Shown in pieces: positions 41,481 to 52,550 of a stretch of 64,000 nucleotides of DNA. A program made the translations under genes and the position numbers. The DNA lies in the NCBI GenBank assembly GCA_963810095.1, contig CAWEMM010000006.1, positions 480,001-544,000 of the forward strand. Direction: 5' to 3'. Origin of the DNA: an uncultured Chloroflexia bacterium (GTDB taxonomy: Bacteria > Chloroflexota > Anaerolineae > CG2-30-64-16). The notes under the pieces were generated by a model that saw nothing but the letters and a program-made list of their open reading frames with translations, searched no databases and had not been told where the DNA came from. Numbering within the stretch: position 1 is the stretch's first letter; every line of letters starts with the position of its first letter.

Positions 41481-42454
41481 CCAGCCGCGGGCGCGTGCTC
41501 GCCCTCGGCGCGCGCCCGCACGTCCTCCCGTTCGAGCGGCTTCTGCTTCACCAGCCGGAATAAGTCGAAATCGCGCGCGACATACGTCTCGGGAAAGACG
41601 ACTGCCGCCTCTTCCTGAATCTGCTTGCCGGAATAGCGTCGCGAGACGTGGTGCAGAATCAGATGCTTTACGCCTGCTTCGCGCGCCAGCCACGCCGACT
41701 GCTTCGCCGTGAGGTGCCCAAAGTCGCTCGCAGTATCACGCTCCGCCTCGATATACGTCGCCTCAATGGCCAGCAGGTCGGCCCCGGCCACATGGCTCAC
41801 CAGGTTGTCCACCCGCCCCGCGTCGCCCACGAAGGCCAGCTTGATTCCGGGCACTTCCTCGCCCAACACATGCTCGGGGCGGATCGTCCGGCCGTCGGGC
41901 AGGGTGACAGACTCGCCGTTGACGAGGTCACGGCGGATGGGGCCAAAGGGAACGCCCAGCTCGGCAGCTTTATCGGCCAAAAACGGCCGCCGCGCCTTTT
42001 CCTCGAACAGGTAGCCGAACGCCTCGGTGCGGCGGTGCTCCACCGGGAACGCCGCGACGCGAAAGATGTCGTCTTCCAGCAGCAGACCGGGTTGCACCGG
42101 ACGATAGCCAATGTTGATCTTGCCTTCGGCGGGCCCAAACACCACTTTCATCAGCTCGCGCACGCGGCCGAGCGCGGCCGGCCCCCCGTGGATGACCATC
42201 TCCTCCAGGGCTTCCCAGCGGCCAAAGGTCGATGCCAGCCCGCCGAGGCCGAGAATATGGTCGAGGTGCCCGTGCGTCAGAAGCACGCGCTCCAGGCGCT
42301 TGAAGCCCAGGCCGCTGCGCAGGATCTGGCGCTGCGTGCCCTCACCGCAGTCGATCAGGAAACGGTACTCGCGGTGCAAGAGCATCGCCGCGGACAACCC
42401 GCGCTGCACTGACGGCGCGGAGGCCGACGTGCCCAGAAAAACCAGTTCAAACAT
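41477..42454 (-). CDS. rnz: Ribonuclease Z
   Basis: FLGTSASAP, DCGEGTQ, THGHLDHILG, GVPFGP exosite, EATY, HLTA, LHHVSRRY. Confidence 0.93.
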   Translation of the reverse strand: MFELVFLGTSASAPSVQRGLSAAMLLHREYRFLIDCGEGTQRQILRSGLGFKRLERVLLTHGHLDHILGLGGLASTFGRWEALEEMVIHGGPAALGRVRELMKVVFGPAEGKINIGYRPVQPGLLLEDDIFRVAAFPVEHRRTEAFGYLFEEKARRPFLADKAAELGVPFGPIRRDLVNGESVTLPDGRTIRPEHVLGEEVPGIKLAFVGDAGRVDNLVSHVAGADLLAIEATYIEAERDTASDFGHLTAKQSAWLAREAGVKHLILHHVSRRYSGKQIQEEAAVVFPETYVARDFDLFRLVKQKPLEREDVRARAEGEHAPAAG

Positions 42455-42471
42455 TGCAGACCACCAATCTC

Positions 42472-42531
42472 AACACAAAGACACAAAGACACAGGGTCTC
42501 CACTGACCTCTTGTCCTTGTGCCTTTGTGTT
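42472..42531. repeat. REP-like palindrome, CACAAAG family
   Basis: AACACAAAGACACAAAGACACAGGG ... CTTGTCCTTGTGCCTTTGTGTT. Confidence 0.8.
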
Positions 42532-42539
42532 TAGTTCGT

Positions 42540-42986
42540 CTATTTCCCGCGCAGTTGCTTGATGCCGGCGCCGAACCACATGGCGCCGAACAGGAACCCG
42601 ATGCCGCCTGCGGCAAGCGACAGAAACTCGGAACCGAGCCGGAAGAACCACGCACCCAGGATGGCGCCGAGCGCCATGATGAATGTGCCGATGGTCAGCG
42701 TGCTCATGCCTTGCGTCAGGAACAGGGCGCGCAAGCGCGGCAGCCGGAACGCGACCAACAGCGCGCTCGCGGCGAACAGTAAAATCTGCCACGCCAGCCA
42801 GCCCCATTCGCCCAAGGCAAGCCCGCGCTCGACGCCGAAATACAACGGCGCGCCGCCGATCAGGAGGCCCCAGAGAACAGGGAGCGCGCGCCGGCCCCGC
42901 AAGCCCGCACCCACGGCCGCGCCGCCCCAGAAGTTGAAAAAACTCAGGAACCCGAAAACCAGGGCTGCGTCAAATGTGTTGCTCAT
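42540..42986 (-). CDS. Hypothetical membrane protein
   Basis: About 5 Gly-rich hydrophobic helices; in operon context. Confidence 0.6.
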   Translation of the reverse strand: MSNTFDAALVFGFLSFFNFWGGAAVGAGLRGRRALPVLWGLLIGGAPLYFGVERGLALGEWGWLAWQILLFAASALLVAFRLPRLRALFLTQGMSTLTIGTFIMALGAILGAWFFRLGSEFLSLAAGGIGFLFGAMWFGAGIKQLRGK

Positions 42987-42990
42987 CGCC

Positions 42991-43605
42991 CTACCGCGTC
43001 AGCCAGCGCTCGATGACCGGCGCCAATGCCTGCATGGCGCCCGCGCCTGCCAGCGCCACCAGCGTCGACTTGATGACCTTGCCGAACCACGTGGCCACCA
43101 AGAACTTCCAGACCGCGATGTGCATTGCGCCGGCAACAATCCCCGCGACGTCGAAGATCGGGTTCGGCACGATGCTCAGGACAAAGATGACCCAGAGTCC
43201 ATACTTCGCCATCCACCCGCGCACCCGCGGGTAGTTCGGGTCGTCTTCCCACATGCCCCGCCCGCTGGCACCCGCCACATAGCCGGTGAGCTCACCTAAC
43301 GTCGAGCCGCTGCCGACGGCCAGCCCCACAAAGTATGGGTTGAGGGTGGCGCCGGCGGCCAGCGCCAGCGCCAGCCCGGGCATCGGCAGGATCAGGGTCG
43401 CGCTGGACAGAAGGTTAAGTAAGAAGAGGCCTGGGTAGCCGTAGGCTCCCAGGCCCGTCAACCGGTTGCCATAAATGACCAGCAACACCGAAAGCGCGAC
43501 GACGAAGAGGAACGAGAAGAGCCGCGTCAGTTTCTGCTGACCCGGCGTGAACCGGGACGGCCGTGACGACTTTGTCTCAGGCGTCGCGGCGGTCGGTTCG
43601 TCCAC
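42991..43605 (-). CDS. VTT/DedA (SNARE-associated) membrane protein
   Basis: ATLILPMPG, GSTLGELTGY, IVPNPIFDVAGIVAG. Confidence 0.8.
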   Translation of the reverse strand: MDEPTAATPETKSSRPSRFTPGQQKLTRLFSFLFVVALSVLLVIYGNRLTGLGAYGYPGLFLLNLLSSATLILPMPGLALALAAGATLNPYFVGLAVGSGSTLGELTGYVAGASGRGMWEDDPNYPRVRGWMAKYGLWVIFVLSIVPNPIFDVAGIVAGAMHIAVWKFLVATWFGKVIKSTLVALAGAGAMQALAPVIERWLTR

Positions 43606-43645
43606 GATGTCGCGCCCTCTTACGCATTGCTCGCCATCCAGCGCA

Positions 43646-44128
43646 TCACGCCTCGGTGATCGTCACGGACAGCATCACGTCGCCTTGCTCGATCTTGTTC
43701 ACCACATCCTGGCCCTTAACCACCTGGCCAAAGACGGTGTGCTTGCCGTCGAGCCACGGTGTGGCCAGGTGGGTGATGAAGAACTGGCTGCCGTTGGTGT
43801 TCGCCCCCGCGTTCGCCATCGACAGCACGCCCGGCTTGTCGTGTTTGAGCGTCGGATCAAACTCGTCCTTGAACGTGTAGCCCGGCCCGCCCCGGCCCGT
43901 GCCGGACGGATCACCGCCCTGAACCATGAAATCTTTGATCACCCGGTGAAAGGTGACGCCGTCATAGTAACCATCACGGGCCAGCGACACGAAGTTGTTC
44001 ACCGTGCGCGGGGCCTGCATAGCGAAGAGGTCGGCGACGATGATGCCACGGTTGGTCTCGATCGTGGCCGTGTACTTCTTCGTGGTGTCGATCGTCATGT
44101 CAAACGGTTTGCTGTATCGATTCGGCAT
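43646..44128 (-). CDS. Cyclophilin-type peptidyl-prolyl isomerase
   Basis: [45 protein letters not shown]. Confidence 0.95.
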   Translation of the reverse strand: MPNRYSKPFDMTIDTTKKYTATIETNRGIIVADLFAMQAPRTVNNFVSLARDGYYDGVTFHRVIKDFMVQGGDPSGTGRGGPGYTFKDEFDPTLKHDKPGVLSMANAGANTNGSQFFITHLATPWLDGKHTVFGQVVKGQDVVNKIEQGDVMLSVTITEA

Positions 44129-44159
44129 CCTGGTTCTCCCTCATTCGAATAACAGGCGC

Positions 44160-44191
44160 GGCCCGGCGGATTCCTCGAAACCCGCCGGGCC
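44160..44191. other. GC-rich stem-loop between the cyclophilin genes
   Basis: GGCCCGGCGG ... CCGCCGGGCC. Confidence 0.5.
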
Positions 44192-44204
44192 GGCCAACTG
44201 AGTC

Positions 44205-45614
44205 CTACTTCTCGGTGATCGTGATCGTCTTGATGACGTCCACGGCCGGCGCAGCTTCGGGCGTGCCCTGGGCGTTGACCGTCGGCTGCACGCTGGCCCC
44301 AACCAGCTTCTGCGCCGCGTCGAGACCGCTGGTGACGACGCCAACCACGTTCATCGGCACGTTGCCTTCCGGCACCGCCATGAACGAGATAAAGAACTGG
44401 CTGCCGCTGCCGACAGGGTTACCCGCCGCGTCCGCAACCGGGTACATGGCCACGGTGCCGGTGACGATCTTGGTGGCTTCCGGTCCCTCCAGGGGTAGGG
44501 TGTACCCCACGTCACTGTCCGGGCTGGCCTTCGGCGAGCCGAAGACCGCGTACGTCCCTTCCTGAACGTGCGCGACCGGCATTCCGTCAAAGAAGCCGAG
44601 GTTGGCGAGGGTCACGAAGTTGTTGACCGTGGTCGGCGCGACGGACGGATCGAGTTCGACGACGATCGTGCCCTGGCTCGTCTCGATCGTGGCCTGGTAC
44701 TTCTTCGTCTTGTCGATGGTCATGGCGGGGGGCTGGTTGAAGTACCGGTCCCGCTGGGCGACCTCGACCGTGGCGAGCGGCCGGCCCTCCTGCGCAGTGG
44801 GCGCGAACGGGGTCGGCGTGACAGTCGGGGTCGGGCTCGGCTCCTGGGTCCGGGTCGGCCCGGGGGTGGGGAGCTTCGAGCTCGTAGTCGTGCTGATGTC
44901 GATCCGCTGAATCTTGTCGCCGACCGCGATCTTTTCGGCCACGTCCATGCCCTCGGTCACCTGGCCGAAGACGCTGTAGGCGCCGTCCAGGAACGGGGTG
45001 TCGGCCAGGGTAATGTAGAACTGGCTGCCGCTCGACGCACGCTCGGGGTTAGTGTCGTCGCCGGTGCGAGCCCACGCCAGCGCACCCTTCAGATGCTCGT
45101 GGTTGATCTCGGCGGGGATGGTGTAGCCCGGACCGCCGTTACCCTGCCCCAAGGGGTCGCCGCCCTGGATCACGAAACCGGGCTCGACACGGTGGAACGT
45201 GAGGCCGTCGTAGAACCCGTTCTGGGCCAACGTGACGAAATTGTTCACACCCTCGACGGCGTCGGGATACAGTTCCGCCACGATGTTGCCCTTGTCGGTC
45301 ACGATTGTGGCGACGTAATTGGTGCCTTCCTTGGTAAAAGGTGCGGCCGGACCGGAGAAGCGGTCGTTGCGCTCCTGCGGCGGGATTTCGGCGAGCGGGC
45401 GCTGGCCTTCCACTGGGGCGGGCACGGTCCCGGTCACCGGGGCCTGGACGGTGAGGGGAACAGCCTCGGTCGCCGGCGCAGCCGGCGTTGCAGCAGCCGC
45501 AGTGGACGCAGCGGTCGGGGCCGGCGCACTCGGCACGGGGGCGCATGCTGACAGCACCAGCAGCGCCGCGGCCAGGGTGAACAAGGCGAATACAGGTAAG
45601 ACGTGCTTCTTCAA
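44205..45614 (-). CDS. Lipoprotein with two cyclophilin domains (second degenerate)
   Basis: Lipobox VLSA-C; domain 1 FHRVEPGFVIQGGDP; PT-rich linker; domain 2 keeps GSQFFI but not FHR. Confidence 0.85.
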   Translation of the reverse strand: MKKHVLPVFALFTLAAALLVLSACAPVPSAPAPTAASTAAAATPAAPATEAVPLTVQAPVTGTVPAPVEGQRPLAEIPPQERNDRFSGPAAPFTKEGTNYVATIVTDKGNIVAELYPDAVEGVNNFVTLAQNGFYDGLTFHRVEPGFVIQGGDPLGQGNGGPGYTIPAEINHEHLKGALAWARTGDDTNPERASSGSQFYITLADTPFLDGAYSVFGQVTEGMDVAEKIAVGDKIQRIDISTTTSSKLPTPGPTRTQEPSPTPTVTPTPFAPTAQEGRPLATVEVAQRDRYFNQPPAMTIDKTKKYQATIETSQGTIVVELDPSVAPTTVNNFVTLANLGFFDGMPVAHVQEGTYAVFGSPKASPDSDVGYTLPLEGPEATKIVTGTVAMYPVADAAGNPVGSGSQFFISFMAVPEGNVPMNVVGVVTSGLDAAQKLVGASVQPTVNAQGTPEAAPAVDVIKTITITEK

Positions 45615-45697
45615 GAGACTCTCCTTCTTTCTCTCCGATGCATCTTCGTGGTGTCGGGCGCCGGTGGGCGCCGGTCACCACGAGGACGCATTCTGAA

Positions 45698-46708
45698 TCA
45701 GGCGATTTGCGTACGGTAGTAGATTTGTTCCATCTTCCAAACGCCGAAGATGAGCATGCCTAACGCGACAGCGCCGACGGCATAACCTTCCAGCACGCTG
45801 GCTTGTGTGATGAAGGTTGCAGCGATGCCGGTCAGAAAGCCGACGATGTAGCAGATCAGCACGGCTTCGCGTGTGCTCCCGGTAAGGCGCGCGAGACGAT
45901 GGCTCAGGTGATCCTTGCCCGGCGTCGTCAGCGGATTCAGATGGCGCCGCAGGCGCGACACGATGACCAGCGTCGTGTCGAAGATCGGCACCCCGAGCAC
46001 AAAGACGGGCACCATCCAGGTCACGAACGAGGAGTTGTCGGGGAAACGCAGCTTAATGGCCAGTGAGGCAAGCGTAAACCCGAGGAACAGCGCGCCTGTG
46101 TCGCCCATAAAGATGGATGCGGGATTCAGATTGTAGAACAGGAACCCCAGACAGGCGCCCACGATGGCGGCCGCAAGCGCGCCGACGAGGTACTGCTTGC
46201 TAATAAGCGCAAAGAGCAGGAAGAAGAGCGCCGCGATGGCGGAGATCCCCCCGCTCAACCCGTCCATGTTGTCGAGCAGGTTCATCGCGTTCGTGATGCC
46301 GACAATCCAGACGAGCGTAGCCGCGATGTTCAGCCACTCCCAGGGAAAGAGCCCAATCCGCACGTCGGTCAGGGCGACGATGCCCGCAGCAAGGAACTGG
46401 CCCCCCAGCTTCACCCAGGGCGAAAGGCCGCGGCGGTCGTCCCACAGGCCGAGGAACGACATCAGCGTTGCGCCGATGAAGATGCTGATGACCTGGTTGA
46501 CGTAGAAACGGTCGCCCAAGATGACAAGCGCCACGATGACCGACAGGTAGATCGCCAGGCCACCCAGCAGCGGCGTCGGCACCGTGTGCTGCTTCCGTGC
46601 GCTCGGCTTGTCGACCATGCCGGTCCGCGTCGCCAGCCGCTTCACGAGCGGGACAACGCCGACCGCCAACACGAGGGCGCTTGCCAGGATCAGGACGTAG
46701 GTGGTCAT
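45698..46708 (-). CDS. WecA/TagO/MraY-like polyprenyl-phosphate HexNAc-1-phosphate transferase
   Basis: [47 protein letters not shown]. Confidence 0.9.
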   Translation of the reverse strand: MTTYVLILASALVLAVGVVPLVKRLATRTGMVDKPSARKQHTVPTPLLGGLAIYLSVIVALVILGDRFYVNQVISIFIGATLMSFLGLWDDRRGLSPWVKLGGQFLAAGIVALTDVRIGLFPWEWLNIAATLVWIVGITNAMNLLDNMDGLSGGISAIAALFFLLFALISKQYLVGALAAAIVGACLGFLFYNLNPASIFMGDTGALFLGFTLASLAIKLRFPDNSSFVTWMVPVFVLGVPIFDTTLVIVSRLRRHLNPLTTPGKDHLSHRLARLTGSTREAVLICYIVGFLTGIAATFITQASVLEGYAVGAVALGMLIFGVWKMEQIYYRTQIA

Positions 46709-49700
46709 TGTTTTCCTTGTAAGCTGGCGATCAAGGACTCGAGGTCGGCGCGGTCGGCTTCGGGGGCAATGGTCAGCGCTTGCTGCGCCGCCGCCAACGC
46801 TTCGGCCCGCCGCCCCATCTGGTCAAAGACGATGGCCAGGTTGCGATAGGCCACGTAGACCTGCTTCTGATGCTGCGCGGCCTGCTGCTGCAGCGTCGCG
46901 GCCTGGGGCGACTTAGCGCCGAGTTGGTTCAACTGGGCTTGGGCTGCTTTCAGCGCCTGGCTCTCGAGATCGATCACCCGCTGCCATGCGTCGACCGATG
47001 CCTGCGGGTCGCCGGCATCTGCGCCGGCCATTCCCACCGCGCTCAACACGCCCAAGTTCTTGGGCGATACCTCTTGCGCTCTTTTGTAAGCAGCCAGCCC
47101 GCCCGCCCGGTCGCCCGTCGCGGTCAACACGTCGCCCAACAGCAGGTAGGTCGGATAATAGGTGTCGTCAACCTGCAGCGACTTTTCCAGCGTCGCCCGC
47201 GCAGCTTGCAGGTCGTCCTGGATGTACTGCACGGTGGCCAACTCATTCCACAACCCCGCATTGTTGGGACTGAGGGAGATCGCCTGGCGGAAGTAGTCCA
47301 CGCTCTTCAGCAGGCGCTGCTGGTTCACCTTGTCGGGGGTCTGTTTCAGCACCTCGCGCAGCCGTTCCGGGTCGCCGCTCTCGCCCGGGGCCACGGCGTT
47401 CGTAAATGCCCAGGCTCGATACAGCCGGGCGAGGTTGGCGCTGTGGTCGGTATTGTACGGGTTCAGCCGCTGCGCGCCGACCAGGGCCGCGTGCGCAGCG
47501 CGGCAAGGCATCCTCCCGGTCCTGCGCCTGGACGGCCTGATCGACCAAACCCAGCAGCCGGTCCGTGGGCACGTTCGACACGTCTTCGGGCAGCACGGGC
47601 GTGCCCGGCTGCAGCTGGTCGGACAACTGGAGCAGCGACCGGCCCAGGAACAGGTAATAGTAGTCTTCATTGGGTTGCAGCCGCGCCGCTTCGCGATAGA
47701 GCAGCGTCGAGCCTTCCCACTGGCCGATCCCCTCGTAGCCGGCCCCCTGCTTGTAGTACGTATCGGCTTGCACCGGTCGAACGTTGATACTCGCAATCAG
47801 GAAGACGGCGACGGCAGTCAACACCGCTCCCGCAGCCAGCGACAGCGCGGACTGGTGTGCGAAACGGACGGGCCAGGGCTGGGGCCGTGCCAGCGCCACG
47901 CCGGCCGCCAGTCCGAGACCCAACAGCAGCAGCAGGACGTCGAAGACGACGATGTGGCCCACCGCTTGTTGCACGAGGCCCATCGCGTCGAGGCCGGCCC
48001 GGTTTAGGCGGGCGGAGTGAATCAAGCCGTAAATGATAAACGTGCCCGCGCTCACGCCCACGTAGAGCAGCACGGCCTGCAGCGTGGAGAAGCGGTTCTT
48101 GCCCTCCTCACCCGCCTCCCCGATGGCCGTGAGGCAACCGATCAGCCAGGTGAACAGGACCAGGACCAGGATCATCGGCGACGGCACCAGTTGCGAACCC
48201 TGTACCCGAGTCGTAAACGAGTTCCAGAATATGGTCAAGCGCGTCGGTAGCGTCGGCCTGGTTCACCGAGTAGTCCCACACGAACACCGCGGAAATGATC
48301 GCCATGATGATCGCATAGGGCAGCACGGCGAGCAGAGGGTGACGGGTGACCGGCGCGGGGGCGAGCTGTGGCCCAGGCGCCCGGCCTGCCCGCGGCCCGT
48401 CGCTGCGCCGGTCCTCGGTGCGACGCTGCCCCCCGGCCGGCTGTTTCGAGTTACCGTCCTTCCGCTTCGACGGCTGTGCGCGGACGGGCTCGGAGACAGC
48501 GCGGCCCGCAGCCGCCGCGACGGTAGCCGGCGCGCCGGCAGGCAGGGCCACGATGGTTTCCTTAACCTGGTCTTCCTCGTCACGCACCCAGCCCATCCCC
48601 ACGACGACCAACGTGGCCGCCAGGATCCAGAGGTGGGTGAACGTGGAGACGATGGCAATGCCGAAATGGAGTTCGACGAAGTGGGCCACGATCGCGGCAA
48701 ACAGCGCCACGATGAGGAGCTGCGTGCCAGGGTCGCGCACACCTTCATGCGCGTCGGCAGTGACCCGGCCGCCGAACACCAGGACGAACGTAACATACAA
48801 AATCAGGCCGACGATCAGGCCCGCGGGCCAGCCGATGCCTGCCAGGCGCACGCTGCCGTCGAAAATCACGGGCAGGATAATGCCGAGCAAGCCGCCGCCC
48901 GCCAGAAAGCCGAGGAAGAGGTTGCGATCGCGGCGCCCGCGTATCAACCCCAACCAACGGAGTGCGAAGTAGAAGACGCTGCCGAACAGGAAGATCTCGG
49001 CCGCCAACTGCAGGAGCCCACCGCGCACGAGCGCGTCGAAGGTCTCGTTGTGCGAACGGTCGGGCGAGGCGCTGCGCGATTCAAAATGGCCGAGCGCCGC
49101 CGGATAGAAGCGGTTGAACGCGACCCACAGCGACTCGGGGCCGAAGCCGAGGAAGAGCCGGGCCGGGGCCCAGGCATCGCCGGTTCCGTCGGGCAGCTGC
49201 AGCCGGGAGCCGGGCGTCATCAGGTCGACCACGCCCTCCCAGATCAACGCCCGCACCGCATTGGTGCCCTCGTCCGTATTGAAGAGCGTGCACGAACGAC
49301 TGATGTACTTCACGTTGCACAAGCCGGCTAACGGCCCGTTCGGCACGTTCATGACCAGGAGCACGAGGAGCGCGGCGACAGCCACGCCGATCAGACCCAG
49401 CCACGCGGCTCGCACGTGGGCGCTTAGCCAGCGCAAGACGGCCGGACCGCCCGTGCGCACCGCGCCCCACCGTGCGAGAAGCAGCAAGCCCAACATGGCA
49501 AAGACATACAGGCCAGCGGCCAGCCCCAACTGGGGGCCGCGGCTCTGAGAAAAGACGATCGTCGCCAGTTGCACGGCGAGCACGAAGAGGTATGCGCCCG
49601 CACGGAGCGCGTCGCCCGTCCATGTCTCGTCGGAGCGCATCAGCCGGGCAACGCTGTTGATCAGCCGCTCGAGCGTCAGGAAAACCGCAATGATGAGATA

Positions 49701-50303
49701 CGCGGCGATGAAGATGGCGTTCCCCATGTTGCCGGCCACCCGGTTCACCACGTCGCCGCCCCAAGGCAGCGGGTCGAGCCCGCGGTTCTGGATCACGCCG
49801 TATATCGCAATCGGCAGGGAGGTAATGATGACTGCGTGCAGGATCCGGTTGACCTGGCGGCGCGTGCGCAGGTGTGTGAGCACAGCGCCGAAAAGGATGA
49901 TGTAGGAGAGAAATGAGAGTGTGCCCTGGAGCCGCACGTAGGAGCCGAAGAAGCTGATGCGCGGGACCAGGGATAGCGCGGTGCTGATCAGGTAGCTGAG
50001 GACGAGCAGCAGCGCGGGCAGGACGAGCGGCGTCGACTTGATCCAGGCCCACAAGCCTTGCCGCCCGGTGCTGTTTCGGGACGCGCCGAACATCCCGTCG
50101 ATTAGCTGAACCAGCCATGCAACGGCCACGAGCAGCGCGATGGAGCGCACGAGATGAATCTTATCCGGTTCGAAAACGCGACTGGAAAACGTGTTGAAGA
50201 AGAGAGGCGCCACCACCAGCGCAACCAACCAGCCCGCTTCGATGATGGCGTCACAAATTCGGCTCAGCTTGCTCTGCATCCCTAACCCTGCATCCCACTC
50301 CAT
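46705..50303 (-). CDS. O-antigen-ligase (Wzy_C)-like polytopic membrane protein with C-terminal TPRs (frameshifts near 48240 and 47500)
   Basis: [26 protein letters not shown]; TPRs ([18 protein letters not shown]). Confidence 0.75.
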
Positions 50304-50349
50304 GTCCGGCGAACGAACGTCAAATCATTGTACCATGGGCAGCGTAGAG

Positions 50350-51462
50350 TCAACGAATTGGACGGTCGAGGCGCGCGATCTCCTGGTAGAGCCCTAACAC
50401 CCGCTTCACCATTACGTCAAGCGCAAACTCCCGGTGCACCCGTTCGCGCGCGGCCTGCCCCAGGGCCAGGCGGCGGGCAGGATCGGCAATGAGGGCGTTG
50501 ATCGCGGCTGCCAGGGCCGCCGAATCATGTGGCGGCACGACACTTCCCGTGACGCCGTCGATATTCACGTAGGTGGTGCCCGTCCCCAGTTCGGTGCAGA
50601 CCACGGGCAGCCCGGCCGCCATCGCCTCGACCTGCACCAGCCCGAACGCCTCGCTCGGGTGGCTGGCCGGCAGCACAAAGAGGTCGGCCTGGTGGTAGAG
50701 CCCGGGCAGCTCCGCATCGGGCGCTTCGCCCAGCCACTCGATTTTGCCGGCGACGCCAACCTCCTGCGCCAGCGCCTTCCACTCCGCCTCCATCGGTCCG
50801 ATCCCCACGATGCGCAGCCGGCCAGCGATTTGGGGGAGCGCCCGAATCAGGGTGTCGAGCCCTTTGTAGTAGCGCAGCCGGCCGACGAAGAGCATGGTGA
50901 AGGGCCGGTCGGCGGGCGGCGCGGCGAGCGTCGCGGGCCGGCCAAACCGGTCGAGCGGGATGCCGTAAGGAATGAGATGCAGCTTGGACTGGTAGGGGGC
51001 AAGATAGGCGCTCTGGCGCATCGGAGGGCTGCCGATCACGATGGCGTCGACCCGCCGGAGCACCTGCGACATGATGGGCCGGTAGAAACGCAGAATGCTC
51101 GCCTGGCGCACGACGTCGCTGTGATAGCTCAACACCGTGCCCTTCCCGCGGCGCAGCAGCCATTGCGACGTCTCGCCGACGGGATAGGGGAAGTGTAAGT
51201 GGACGATATCGGGCCGCTCGCGCAGCAGGCGCCAGGGCAGCGCCAGCGTCAGGGGCGTCGATGCGACCGTAGCCAGCCGGCCCGCGCGCACCACGTGGAC
51301 GCCGCCCTCCTCCGTCTCCAGCGAGTGCAAGCCCGCGGGGTTCGTCACCAGCGCGGTAACGTCGTGCCCTGCCGCGGCCTGTCCTTCGGCCAGCAGCCGC
51401 ACATGGTTCTCGATGCCTCCCAGGATGGGAGGATAATCCTTGTAGATGTGAAGGAATTTCAC
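50350..51462 (-). CDS. GT4 glycosyltransferase
   Basis: YPPILGGIE, FVGRLRYYKG, SEAFGLVQVEAMAAG. Confidence 0.9.
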   Translation of the reverse strand: MKFLHIYKDYPPILGGIENHVRLLAEGQAAAGHDVTALVTNPAGLHSLETEEGGVHVVRAGRLATVASTPLTLALPWRLLRERPDIVHLHFPYPVGETSQWLLRRGKGTVLSYHSDVVRQASILRFYRPIMSQVLRRVDAIVIGSPPMRQSAYLAPYQSKLHLIPYGIPLDRFGRPATLAAPPADRPFTMLFVGRLRYYKGLDTLIRALPQIAGRLRIVGIGPMEAEWKALAQEVGVAGKIEWLGEAPDAELPGLYHQADLFVLPASHPSEAFGLVQVEAMAAGLPVVCTELGTGTTYVNIDGVTGSVVPPHDSAALAAAINALIADPARRLALGQAARERVHREFALDVMVKRVLGLYQEIARLDRPIR

Positions 51463-52550
51463 GCCGTCACCTGCCGGTAGATCTCCAGGGTGCACGTCGC
51501 AGTCTGCGTCCACGAAAACTGGGCGGCGCGCGGAAAGCCGCGGGCACGCAGGTCGGCCCGCTGCCCTTCGTTTGCAGCCAGACTGTGCAGCGCAGCCCCG
51601 AGCGCGGCCGTGTCGAGTGGGTCGACCAGCAGCGCGGCGTCTGCTGCAACCTCGGGGAGCGCGGTCACGTTCGAGCAGACCACGGGCGCACCACATGCCA
51701 TTGCTTCAATGACGGGCAGACCGAAGCCCTCGAACAGGCTGGGGAAGACAAACATCTCGGCCGCGCCGTACAGCGCGGGCAGATCTTCCTCGGCCACCCG
51801 CCCGATCCACCGGATCGTCGCGCCGCCGTGCGAGTCGGCCAACTGCCGCGCTTCGGGATAACGCTCGTCCCAGGCCCCACCGATCACCAGTTCGAGGCCC
51901 TCGTTAGGGCTTGCCAGCCAGGCCTGCACGAGCCCAACCAGGTTCTTGTGCGGCTTGTTGCTGCCCAGGTACAGGACGAAGCGACCGGGTAACGTGTACT
52001 TACGCCGGACGGCAGCGATCGCCGCGGCCGGCTGCGGGCGAAAGGACGGATCCGCGGCCAGCGGGATGGCCGTGATGCGCTCGGGGCGGATGCCGAACTG
52101 CGCGATGAAGTCCTGGCGGGCATTCTCCGTGATGGCAATGACCTGGCGCGCGGCCCCCAGCGCCAGGCGAGTGGTGAACCGAAACAGCAAGCGCGAGCGC
52201 CCGCTGCTGAACTGGGGATAGCGCAGCGGGATGATGTCATACACCGTCAGGACCGCGGGCACGCGGGGCCGGTACGGCATCAGGTAGTACGGGCTGTGGT
52301 AGAGCGCGCCGCCGAGCGCCCCGACGGCGGACGGCACGCGCCACTGCTGGGAAGCGGAGAAGGGCGAGCCGGGCACGGGAACGGCCGCGACGCCGTCGAT
52401 CTGCAGCGGGTGCTGAGGGTCGACCAACAGGGCCAGCCGCTCCGTGGGGTTTAGCAGGGGCGCCAGCGCGGCTGCCAGGCTACTCACGTAGCGACCAATG
52501 CCGGGGAAGTGGGCCGTGGCAGTGCGCGCATCGAGGACGTACGGCGTCAT
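51459..52550 (-). CDS. GT4 glycosyltransferase
   Basis: PGIGRY, GSNKPHKN, FPSLFEGFGLPVIEAMACG. Confidence 0.9.
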   Translation of the reverse strand: MTPYVLDARTATAHFPGIGRYVSSLAAALAPLLNPTERLALLVDPQHPLQIDGVAAVPVPGSPFSASQQWRVPSAVGALGGALYHSPYYLMPYRPRVPAVLTVYDIIPLRYPQFSSGRSRLLFRFTTRLALGAARQVIAITENARQDFIAQFGIRPERITAIPLAADPSFRPQPAAAIAAVRRKYTLPGRFVLYLGSNKPHKNLVGLVQAWLASPNEGLELVIGGAWDERYPEARQLADSHGGATIRWIGRVAEEDLPALYGAAEMFVFPSLFEGFGLPVIEAMACGAPVVCSNVTALPEVAADAALLVDPLDTAALGAALHSLAANEGQRADLRARGFPRAAQFSWTQTATCTLEIYRQVTA

